A DNA stretch of 64,000 nucleotides from a virus. The stretch covers positions 1-64,000 of the IMG/VR virus record IMGVR_UViG_3300043446_004500. One strand, 5' to 3'. The notes below the pieces were generated by a model. It was given only the letters and a program-made list of their open reading frames with translations, was not told the DNA's origin and made no database searches. Below, in pieces: positions 56,783-64,000 of the stretch; the stretch's first letter is position 1, and every line of letters begins with the position of its first letter. Both the position numbers and the translations under genes were made by a program.

Positions 56783-56966
56783 TGATAGGGTTGGAAATGT
56801 CCGATTCTATCATATTTTCACCGCCCTCTAATGCGGTGAAAATTGCGGAAAGTGTCTTCCGCTGGTGATGGGCACTCATCACCGTTCTGTAGGTGCCAAA
56901 TACCCCTTCTGGTTACGACTGGAAGAAGTAAAGAGGGAGAACATAGGTAAAGTTCTTTCCACCTAC
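56783..56966 (+). ncRNA. Candidate structured ncRNA (series of hairpins, possible kissing loops)
   Basis: Four consecutive hairpins plus a multibranch domain; GC-rich; no credible ORF. Confidence 0.5.
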
Positions 56967-56970
56967 CATA

Positions 56971-57045
56971 TCCTCTGCGTAGTCCATTGGTAAGGACGGG
57001 TGGACAACACACATGGAAACTGGGTTCGATTCCCAGCCAGAGGAC
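56971..57045 (+). ncRNA. tRNA-like element with non-canonical anticodon arm
   Basis: D arm GTCC/GGAC, T arm CTGGG-TTCGATT-CCCAG, acceptor TCCTCTG/CAGAGGA; anticodon arm not canonical. Confidence 0.6.
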
Positions 57046-57047
57046 AC

Positions 57048-57120
57048 GGGGAATTAACTCAGTTGGTAGAGTGACAGCTTTGCAAGCTGTAAGTCAGGGG
57101 TTCAAGTCCCCTATTCTCCA
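57048..57120 (+). tRNA. tRNA-Ala(TGC)
   Basis: Cloverleaf; G3:U70; loop TTTGCAA. Confidence 0.92.
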
Positions 57121-57147
57121 TTGCATAAATATTTCAAAAAGAGTATA

Positions 57148-57657
57148 ATGGAAAAACTGTTTAAACTCTTAAGTGATGCTCAGGCATCACTTTTTGTTCT
57201 ATTTCATAAAACTTGGGTTTATCATTGGAATGTTGTTGGAAAAGATTTCCAGCAACTTCATACTCTTTTTGGTGGTCAGTATGAGACTATGTTTGAGGAG
57301 ATTGATCGTCTCTCAGAACATATGAGATACTTGAATGTAAAACCTTTGAGTAGTTTAGATCGTGTTCTTGAGGTTTCTAAAATTAAAGAAGCATCAAGTT
57401 CTGCGAATTCTGAGAGTATGATCTCAGATCTTCTTCAATCAAATAATGATTTTTGTGATATGATGAGAGGAATATCTGAAGAAGCAGAAACTCAAAAACA
57501 GTATGCTACAGCAAATCTAGTTCAGGATTTAATGGAGTCTCACGGTAAGTTTGTTTGGATGCTTCGTTCATTCTCAGATTCTGGATCTAAAAAAGTTCAA
57601 GAAGAAGTGGAGGAAGTTGTTGAAGAACAAATAAAAGAAGAAACAACTGAAGAATAA
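57148..57657 (+). CDS. dps: Dps/ferritin-like DNA protection protein
   Basis: K...YHWNV.G..F..LH.LF..QY, D...E ferroxidase, K..WML. Confidence 0.88.
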   Translation: MEKLFKLLSDAQASLFVLFHKTWVYHWNVVGKDFQQLHTLFGGQYETMFEEIDRLSEHMRYLNVKPLSSLDRVLEVSKIKEASSSANSESMISDLLQSNNDFCDMMRGISEEAETQKQYATANLVQDLMESHGKFVWMLRSFSDSGSKKVQEEVEEVVEEQIKEETTEE

Positions 57658-57665
57658 TTAGGATT

Positions 57666-57923
57666 ATGGAAAACTTAAAAATAAGATGCCGTACTTGCGG
57701 CAGAGAGTTGGAGGGACATCCAACAAAAACAATATCTTGTGGTTGCTCCAACATGGCAACAATTCGTGGAGATAAGATTTCGGCACTTGACTTATCTCAA
57801 ATTGTTATGTTAAACTCATTGAAGCAAAATCAAAACAAAAGTGTCCTAACTTCTCAAGATATTGCTTGGCAAGAAGCACGTCGTCAACGTAAAGTTAGAC
57901 GACTTGATTTTGAAGTCCGTTAA
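57666..57923 (+). CDS. Small Zn-binding hypothetical protein
   Basis: CRTC...CGC.N. Confidence 0.6.
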   Translation: MENLKIRCRTCGRELEGHPTKTISCGCSNMATIRGDKISALDLSQIVMLNSLKQNQNKSVLTSQDIAWQEARRQRKVRRLDFEVR

Positions 57924-57935
57924 GCACTTAATATT

Positions 57936-58022
57936 GGAAGCGTGGCAGAGTCCGGTTTATTGCGTTTGTCTTGAAAACAAATGAGGGTAACACCTCCACT
58001 GGTTCAAATCCAGTCGCTTCCG
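57936..58022 (+). tRNA. tRNA-Ser(TGA)
   Basis: Long variable arm; loop CTTGAAA. Confidence 0.9.
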
Positions 58023-58135
58023 TTAATAAACATTATAAATTTAACATTTTCTTAAACAGTGTTACGTAATGAACACAATTTGTTGACGATGAAAAGTCTG
58101 TGATTAGTATATAGTAGTACTAACGCAAAAAACCC

Positions 58136-58285
58136 ATGGATCAGCATACTTATGAGAACTGGGTAAAAATTAAAGCAACATTTGAAGAATCGGGTAACAC
58201 TGATAATATGTTTTATAAGAGAGCAGTGGAAATTGTAAAAACGAGGAGAGATCCTCTGGCAAAGTTTCTTGGAGATGAGAAATAA
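58136..58285 (+). CDS. Small hypothetical protein (49 aa)
   Basis: MDQHTYENWVKIK.TFEESGNTDNMFYKRA. Confidence 0.5.
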   Translation: MDQHTYENWVKIKATFEESGNTDNMFYKRAVEIVKTRRDPLAKFLGDEK

Positions 58286-58488
58286 TGATGGAACCTCAAG
58301 ACGAATTTATTACTCGTTCAGAAGTTCAGGAGATGATTGATGCAGCAATACGACGACACAACCGTAATGCTTCTATCATTAGTATGTGCGTCGGTTGGGT
58401 GGTTCTTGCTTTATTTGCTGAAGGACTACTCCGATTGATTGGTGTGATTCCCCCAATTCTACCTTGGCTTAAAATCACTTTAAACTAA
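58285..58488 (+). CDS. Small membrane protein
   Basis: EVQEMIDAAIRRHNRNASIISMCVGWVVLALFAEGLLRL. Confidence 0.6.
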   Translation: MMEPQDEFITRSEVQEMIDAAIRRHNRNASIISMCVGWVVLALFAEGLLRLIGVIPPILPWLKITLN

Positions 58489-58787
58489 TGTCAGAAGAAG
58501 ATTTAGAAGAACTATTAAAAAGAGTTTTACAACAAAAAATGAATGAACTTTTTGAAGAACCTTCTACATACGAGGACGAAGAAGATGAATAGTACCATAT
58601 ATACAGCAATGACAATTTTTGGTATAATAGGATTGTTCATTATTTGGGCACTTACTCACGCATATCCACAATGATTTTCCATATCGTTGAAGCACTCGCA
58701 GTAAATCCTTTCTTTCTTTTTCTTTGCGGGTGTGGGTTGACAATCATTCCATTTGCTGGTATTATGTATATACATAGAGATAAGTAA

Positions 58788-58861
58788 CCGGGTTTAGCGC
58801 AGTTTGGTAGCGCATCTGCTTTGGGAGCAGAGGGTCGCAGGTTCGAATCCTGCAACTCGGA
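58788..58861 (+). tRNA. tRNA-Pro(TGG)
   Basis: Cloverleaf; loop TTTGGGA. Confidence 0.9.
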
Positions 58862-58877
58862 CTCATAAAATTACTTT

Positions 58878-59111
58878 ATGAAAATGAATCAAGAAATCGA
58901 AAAACTTCCATCCTTTACAATTGAAGAGTTTCAAGTAGATTTTGATAATCTTATGAATAGAGTGGAAAACGGAGAAACACTACTTATTAAAAGTGAACAC
59001 GGAAACGCAGTAATGGTTCCTTATAAAGAAGTCGTTAGTGTATGTAATGAAGCAAGTGTGGATTTTGAAGAGATAGTTAAAATCCACACAGACCACGAAG
59101 AAGGGTCTTGA
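58878..59111 (+). CDS. Phd/YefM antitoxin-like protein
   Basis: FTIEEFQ..FD.LM.RV.NGE.LLI......AVMVP pattern. Confidence 0.55.
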   Translation: MKMNQEIEKLPSFTIEEFQVDFDNLMNRVENGETLLIKSEHGNAVMVPYKEVVSVCNEASVDFEEIVKIHTDHEEGS

Positions 59112-59149
59112 CGAAGGGTTCCAAATCTCCTACAATGATTTGGTCTTAA

Positions 59150-59221
59150 GGGGGTGTCGCATAAAGGTCAATGCGCTCTGCTTATAACGGAGTCATCCTG
59201 GTTCAAGTCCAGGCATCCCTA
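59150..59221 (+). tRNA. tRNA-Ile(TAT)
   Basis: Cloverleaf; loop CTTATAA; promoter TTGACG-17-TACAAT at 59108-59136. Confidence 0.82.
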
Positions 59222-59225
59222 CCTT

Positions 59226-59298
59226 GCTGGTTTAGCTCTCTGGAGAAAGCACTGCCCTCATAAGGCAAGATAGGTCGGTTCGATCCCGACAACCAGCA
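59226..59298 (+). tRNA. tRNA-Met(CAT) (or Ile2)
   Basis: Cloverleaf; loop CTCATAA. Confidence 0.8.
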
Positions 59299-59301
59299 CT
59301 T

Positions 59302-59353
59302 GGACACTTACCAAAGTGTCCCACTTGACTTTCCCAAGTCAAACTTTTATAAT
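59302..59353 (+). promoter_or_regulatory. Palindrome GGACACTT-N4-AAGTGTCC + TTGACT-17-TATAAT early promoter
   Basis: Perfect inverted repeat directly upstream of the -35. Confidence 0.7.
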
Positions 59354-59375
59354 AACAAGGTCAACATTCAAAACA

Positions 59376-59591
59376 ATGACTCTTACAGCAAAATTCAAGA
59401 AAGACGTTCAAACTCTTCGTGGTGCCGCAAATGGCGAATTCTACCTTGATGTGAAGAATCCAAAACTCTACAAAAAGGTTCGTCGTTATTATGAAAACGA
59501 AGGTGTAGTTTTCTCTGGTGATCCTCTGGATGATTATGAGATGCTTATGGAATATGTTCTTGCTGATCTTGAATCTGTAGAAGTGGCATGA
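59376..59591 (+). CDS. Conserved hypothetical protein
   Basis: LDVKNPKLYKKVRRYYENEGVVFSGD. Confidence 0.6.
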   Translation: MTLTAKFKKDVQTLRGAANGEFYLDVKNPKLYKKVRRYYENEGVVFSGDPLDDYEMLMEYVLADLESVEVA

Positions 59592-59824
59592 AATCAAAAG
59601 TTATTTTTGAACGAGAAGGATATCGTTTTATTGAAGCAGGTATTCTAGAAATTAATGGGAAACCAGACTATAGAATGCAAAAACAAAATTATTATACAAA
59701 ACGTTGGAACGATATTTATCTTTTTGATAATGGTATGCAGTGTTCTCTAGCAATGGAAGACATTGAATATGCTCGTTGGCTTGATCCAGATAGAGTTCCT
59801 TGTTATGTGAGAGATGATGATTAA
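59588..59824 (+). CDS. Conserved hypothetical protein
   Basis: G.PDYR.QK....KRW.D.YLFDN..QC..A.ED..YA.WL. Confidence 0.6.
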   Translation: MKSKVIFEREGYRFIEAGILEINGKPDYRMQKQNYYTKRWNDIYLFDNGMQCSLAMEDIEYARWLDPDRVPCYVRDDD

Positions 59825-59879
59825 ATAGTTAAATAGTCACGGAGAGACTTAAAAAGTACTGGTCGGGAGCAAACCCCTT

Positions 59880-60113
59880 ATGTCCAAAACAAGTGTCCTA
59901 AGATATCTTGGGAACCTTCTCCTCATTATTGGTTATCAAACTATGTTATGGGGAGATTTTAAATTTGGTTTGATGATAAAATGTATTGGAGGATTACTAA
60001 CAGTGCCTTTTGCTATCAAACTCAAACTCTGGGATGTACTATTCCTATGCGCTTTCTTTGGTATTTCCGAGATATCAAAGGTTGTACAACTTTTCTTAGT
60101 TAGTATAAACTAA
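59880..60113 (+). CDS. Small multi-pass membrane protein
   Basis: Three hydrophobic segments. Confidence 0.55.
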   Translation: MSKTSVLRYLGNLLLIIGYQTMLWGDFKFGLMIKCIGGLLTVPFAIKLKLWDVLFLCAFFGISEISKVVQLFLVSIN

Positions 60114-60180
60114 GTGGTGGAACCAAATGACCCCCTTTATGAGTTTCCAATTTCTCTAAAAAATTGGTGGCGAGCCTGAG
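60091..60180 (+). ncRNA. wcaG/manA-like cyanophage RNA modules
   Basis: Two TTTC-hairpin-TGGYG units upstream of a WcaG-family epimerase. Confidence 0.5.
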
Positions 60181-60185
60181 TACAG

Positions 60186-60222
60186 AAGGTGGGTTGCATA
60201 AACCCACCTTTTTTAGTATGAT
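60186..60222 (+). terminator. Terminator overlapping a TTGCAT-17-TATGAT promoter
   Basis: AAGGTGGGTT-GCATA-AACCCACCTT + T run. Confidence 0.7.
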
Positions 60223-60257
60223 ATATACTACAGACATAATTAAAATACTGAAAAATT

Positions 60258-61304
60258 ATGAGTCAATACGTTAAAACTGCACTTGTACTTGGTGCAGGTG
60301 GTTTTATTGGAAGTCATATGGTAAGAAGGCTTCGTTCTGAGGGATATTGGGTAAGAGGAGTAGATCTTAAGAGACCTGAGTTTTCGGAAACAGAAGCACA
60401 CGAATTTATTCAAGGAGATCTTCGTGATCTAACCTTTGTAGAAAGAGTTCTTCAGTACAAAGGTCCTTATTGCAATTTCTATAACTTTGTTCCTTCAAAA
60501 CATATTGATACTTTTGATGAGATCTATCAGTTTGCTGCTGATATGGGTGGAGCAGGATTTGTTTTTACTGGTGAGAATGATGCTGATATCATGCACAACT
60601 CTGCAACTATTAACCTCAACGTCCTTGAAGCACAAAGACAACTGAATGATTTTAGAGGAGTAAATAAGACCAAAATCTTCTATTCTGGATCTGCTTGTAT
60701 GTATCCAGAGCACAATCAACTTGACCCAGATAACCCTGATTGTCGTGAAGAATCGGCATATCCAGCAAATCCAGACTCAGAATATGGATGGGAAAAACTC
60801 TTCTCTGAACGTCTATACTTTGCTTACCACCGTAATTATGGTATCCCTGTTAGGGTTGCTCGTTATCACAATATTTTTGGACCTGAGGGAACCTGGGAAG
60901 GTGGAAGAGAAAAGGCACCAGCAGCCATCTGCCGTAAAGTTGCTTATCTCCCGTCCGAAGGTGGAACTATAGAAGTTTGGGGTGATGGTAAACAGACCCG
61001 TTCATTCCTTTACATTGATGAATGTATTGAAGCAACTCGCAGAATGATGGAATCGGATTTCATTGGACCCGTAAATATTGGTTCTGAGGAAATGGTAACT
61101 ATCAACCAACTTGTTGATACTGCTGCTAAAGTTTCTGGTAAGAAAGTAGAGAAAAATCATATTAATGGTCCTCTTGGAGTTCGTGGTCGTAATTCCAATA
61201 ATGATTTGATTCGTGAAAAACTTGGTTGGGATTATTCCCAATCTCTTGAAGAGGGTATTCGTAAGACATACGAATGGATTAGTGAACAAATTGCAAAAGG
61301 TTGA
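60258..61304 (+). CDS. NAD-dependent epimerase (GDP-mannose 3,5-epimerase-like)
   Basis: GAGGFIG, AADMGGAGF, SACMYP, YGWEK, GREKAPAAICRK, GVRGRNS. Confidence 0.9.
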   Translation: MSQYVKTALVLGAGGFIGSHMVRRLRSEGYWVRGVDLKRPEFSETEAHEFIQGDLRDLTFVERVLQYKGPYCNFYNFVPSKHIDTFDEIYQFAADMGGAGFVFTGENDADIMHNSATINLNVLEAQRQLNDFRGVNKTKIFYSGSACMYPEHNQLDPDNPDCREESAYPANPDSEYGWEKLFSERLYFAYHRNYGIPVRVARYHNIFGPEGTWEGGREKAPAAICRKVAYLPSEGGTIEVWGDGKQTRSFLYIDECIEATRRMMESDFIGPVNIGSEEMVTINQLVDTAAKVSGKKVEKNHINGPLGVRGRNSNNDLIREKLGWDYSQSLEEGIRKTYEWISEQIAKG

Positions 61305-61306
61305 AT

Positions 61307-62143
61307 ATGGATTTAAGTATTGTTCTAGGTGGCCGTGATGATAATTACGGTGAAAATTTTATTGAGAGATTAAATCAAGCATTAACAGCAAATATAAAAA
61401 ATCTAGATCAAACTGATTTAGATTATGAAATTATTGTTGTAGATTTTAATCCATTAGATCAAAAGTATCTGCACAATAATTTAATTCTCAAAGAAGTTCT
61501 ATCAAATTCGAGAGTGAGAAATATTGTTATTGATCCTTCTGTATCTGAGGAAGAGGATTTGTCTCCTGGCACTTACTATGAGTATTTTGCTAAAAATGTA
61601 GGAGCAAAACGATCAACGGGAGAATTTATTTTTACTACAAATTCTGACATTATTCTTTCAAAATCGTTGATTAATGATATTAAACACGAGTTGGGTAATG
61701 AGGAAAGAAATGATCTTTTCTATCGTTGTAGGTATAGGGGAGAAATAAATCTGGGATTTGATCCTGATGACAATACTCCAGCAGCAGATTTGCATAATCC
61801 ATCTTTTCCTGATGCTTGTATTTGTGGATTGTTCTCTGGAGATGCTACAATGTTTACTAGAGAAGTATTCTTCAATGTAGCAACTGGTTATAATGAAGGA
61901 GAAAAGAGGCATAGAACTCATCTCAGTCAATCTGCAATGGATGGTGAAATTCTTTGGAATGTTTATAAGAAAGGCAAAAAACTAAAGTTTTTAGAATCAC
62001 CTTATTACCATATTAATCATGGTAGACCAAATCCAAGAGACAATTTTTACTCTCAGGATACTTACACTAACAAAGAAAATTGGGGATTTGTTGATTACAC
62101 CGAAGATAAACTAAACGAAAACACTATTTTGATTAGATCATGA
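61307..62143 (+). CDS. Glycosyltransferase family 2-like protein
   Basis: GRDDNY, EIIVVDFN, AKNVG.K, TNSDI. Confidence 0.6.
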   Translation: MDLSIVLGGRDDNYGENFIERLNQALTANIKNLDQTDLDYEIIVVDFNPLDQKYLHNNLILKEVLSNSRVRNIVIDPSVSEEEDLSPGTYYEYFAKNVGAKRSTGEFIFTTNSDIILSKSLINDIKHELGNEERNDLFYRCRYRGEINLGFDPDDNTPAADLHNPSFPDACICGLFSGDATMFTREVFFNVATGYNEGEKRHRTHLSQSAMDGEILWNVYKKGKKLKFLESPYYHINHGRPNPRDNFYSQDTYTNKENWGFVDYTEDKLNENTILIRS

Positions 62144-62907
62144 TTTTAGGACTAAAAAAATATCAAGAATATATTCTACACCCAGAATCTAGACTTTTAG
62201 GAACATATTCTACAGAAAGACTAACTTCAGAAAAAGAAGTAAAGTGTCCTTGGGGATCACCTGAAACAAACTCAGCAGATCCTGGGCATAAAAATGGAGG
62301 TCTTTTTGAAAGACATGGATTCAAATATCCAAATGGGGTAATTCACGTTGGAATGTGGAAATTTGAAGAGTCTGAGGACTATGAATATCTTGTTGATAGT
62401 AATGTCATTGGTATTGAAGCACATCCAGATGTATACAAAGATTATAGTAGAGTAACTTCTGATCTTTATGGATTTAAATCATTTAACTTTGCTGCAAGTG
62501 ATGTTGATGATGATTATGCGATTCTTTTTTGCAATCCCTATAGACAAGATACTAGTACAATATGTGCTAGTTATTTGAATGATAATGCTGAGTATGAAAT
62601 TAAAAAAGTAAAAACAAAAACTCTTGATACTTTTGTTGAAGAGAACAGTATTGATGTTAAAAAGTTTAATTTCTTAAATGTTGATGCTGAAGGTGCGGAA
62701 TACAAAGTTATTAAAGGATTTTCAAAAAATTTGAAGGATATTGACTATATTGTTTTAGAAACATCTGTGAATGATAGATTTGGAAATAATCAAGATCTGG
62801 ATGTTATTAATCCTTTTTTAGAAAAACATGGTTTTGAAATTAAAGAAATGGATGGCAACTTTCTTTATGAAGGTTGGGGTGATGTATTTTTTGCAAGAGT
62901 AAAATGA
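62140..62907 (+). CDS. FkbM-family methyltransferase
   Basis: IHVG, IEA.P, TLD, LNVDAEGAEYKVIKG. Confidence 0.8.
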   Translation: MILGLKKYQEYILHPESRLLGTYSTERLTSEKEVKCPWGSPETNSADPGHKNGGLFERHGFKYPNGVIHVGMWKFEESEDYEYLVDSNVIGIEAHPDVYKDYSRVTSDLYGFKSFNFAASDVDDDYAILFCNPYRQDTSTICASYLNDNAEYEIKKVKTKTLDTFVEENSIDVKKFNFLNVDAEGAEYKVIKGFSKNLKDIDYIVLETSVNDRFGNNQDLDVINPFLEKHGFEIKEMDGNFLYEGWGDVFFARVK

Positions 62908-63710
62908 AACAGAAATTTAATCTAGTTGGAAATACTTTTACCCACCTTACAGATGGCAATAAAGGATATTCTGTTCACGGGAAAGAATCTAAATTTATTG
63001 AATGGGTGAAAGATGGAAGTGGTAATGCCACTTTTTATATTGACAGTACTCTATCTCAAGCACAGTTTGATGATGTTTCTGGACCAAAATATGGATGGTT
63101 ATTGGAGTCTCAATATATTACTCCTCAGATTGTAGATTCTGTAAAAATGTTTCCAGAAAAATATTTGGAATCATTTGATGCAATTTTTACTCACAATCAA
63201 GAACTTCTTAAAATTGATTCTAAGTTTAAGTGGGTTCCTGCCCAAGGATTTTGGATTAAAGAACCTAAAATTTATGAGAAATCAAAAATGATTTCTATGA
63301 TTGCATCAAATAAAAGAATGTGTGATGGGCATAGGATTCGTTTAGAGTGGATAGAAAGATTGTGGGGACAAGTAGATCTTTACGGTAGAGGATTTAATGA
63401 AATTGCTCTAAAAGAAGAAGGTTTATGTGATTATATGTTTTCTGTTGCTATTGAAAATGGACAATATGAGACATATTTCACAGAAAAGATTTTAGACTGT
63501 TTTGCTACTGGAACTATTCCAGTTTATTTGGGTGCTCCTGATATTGGAAACTATTTTAATAAGAAAGGTATTATTGATCTTACTGAAGAATTTGACGTAT
63601 CCGATGAAATTTATTATAGTAAGATGGATGCAATTAAGGACAATTTAGAACGTGCTAAGAAAATGGAAATTTTGGAAGATTTCATTTACGAAAATTATCT
63701 GAGAGGTTGA
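62904..63710 (+). CDS. Glycosyltransferase family 10 (fucosyltransferase-like)
   Basis: Y.FS.AIEN....YFTEKI.D.F..GTIPVY.G. Confidence 0.8.
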   Translation: MKQKFNLVGNTFTHLTDGNKGYSVHGKESKFIEWVKDGSGNATFYIDSTLSQAQFDDVSGPKYGWLLESQYITPQIVDSVKMFPEKYLESFDAIFTHNQELLKIDSKFKWVPAQGFWIKEPKIYEKSKMISMIASNKRMCDGHRIRLEWIERLWGQVDLYGRGFNEIALKEEGLCDYMFSVAIENGQYETYFTEKILDCFATGTIPVYLGAPDIGNYFNKKGIIDLTEEFDVSDEIYYSKMDAIKDNLERAKKMEILEDFIYENYLRG

Positions 63711-63711
63711 A

Positions 63712-64000
63712 ATGAATAATATTTCAAAAATGTTTAAGAAATATCGAAAAGGATGCTCTTACTTTATTGAAACGGGCACATATAAAGGATATGGAATTGA
63801 CGCGGCCAAAGATGTTGGATTTGAAAAATACTATAGTGCAGAATATTTAACTTCTCTTTATAAGGAGTGTTTGGAAAAATTCAAAGATCATGATGATATA
63901 TTCCTCTATAATGGATCTTCTGAAGATTGTTTAGAATCATTTCTTGATGAAGTTGATAAAAGAAGTCTATTTTGGTTAGATGCTCACGACAGCTTTGGTA
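63712..64000 (+). CDS. Class I SAM-methyltransferase-like protein, truncated by window end
   Basis: FIETGT.KG.G ... G.S ... FWLDAH. Confidence 0.6.
   Translation, partial: MNNISKMFKKYRKGCSYFIETGTYKGYGIDAAKDVGFEKYYSAEYLTSLYKECLEKFKDHDDIFLYNGSSEDCLESFLDEVDKRSLFWLDAHDSFG

Noticed and set aside
56783-57045. tmRNA interpretation of the structured RNA plus tRNA-like end
   Set aside because: The tRNA-like unit has a D stem, lacks an alanine G3:U70 acceptor, and no tag-peptide frame was found.
58022-58070. Possible Pho-box or HLR1-like TTAA repeats upstream of the small-ORF cluster
   Set aside because: Only two loosely matching units in very AT-rich DNA; cannot be separated from chance.
3-61930. 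Numerous minus-strand and alternate-frame ORFs in the track (e.g. 14304-14684, 29771-30412, 40811-41335, 16484-16861)
   Set aside because: They are shadows of well-supported + strand genes, with no motifs, RBS or promoter logic.
1-64000. CRISPR array, IS/transposase, integrase, reverse transcriptase/DGR, alternative genetic code
   Set aside because: No regularly spaced direct repeats or such enzyme motifs were seen; core genes are intact under the standard code.

Overview
This AT-rich window is a core segment of a T4-like cyanomyovirus genome, probably infecting freshwater Synechococcus/Cyanobium. Essentially all genes are on the + strand. Gene order: neck/tail/terminase/head genes (gp14-gp23, gp3); uvsY/uvsW, gp55, gp47/46, cobT/cobS-like, clamp/loader, dam, regA, hsp20, gp43, uvsX; gp41, mazG, a late-promoter island, primase, nrdA/nrdB; rlpA, a tRNA/ncRNA cluster with dps; and the start of a sugar-modification cluster. 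Highlights: (1) The gp41 helicase gene is fractured by a naturally split Gp41-1-type intein. The two halves are separated by a GIY-YIG homing endonuclease and a passenger gene. (2) A dispersed set of late-promoter genes looks like a modular capsid-internal cargo system. Some carry T4-style capsid-targeting N-termini (MKTFQEFIAE etc.), including a PARP-like ADP-ribosyltransferase and a nucleotidyltransferase. Three paralogues share conserved acidic ends (RGLxEAY ... GYAxTxEAAxxIMxNMSEEW) around swappable basic payloads. Two long multi-module proteins are punctuated by putative gp21 (x-x-Glu) cleavage sites. (3) There are several RNA-level and promoter-level control elements: hairpins gated by late promoters, a consensus antisense sigma70 promoter at gp55, a palindromic early-promoter motif, a tRNA-like element with a broken anticodon arm, and wcaG/manA-like RNA modules. 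All calls come from reading the sequence and recalling motifs; no database searches were run.
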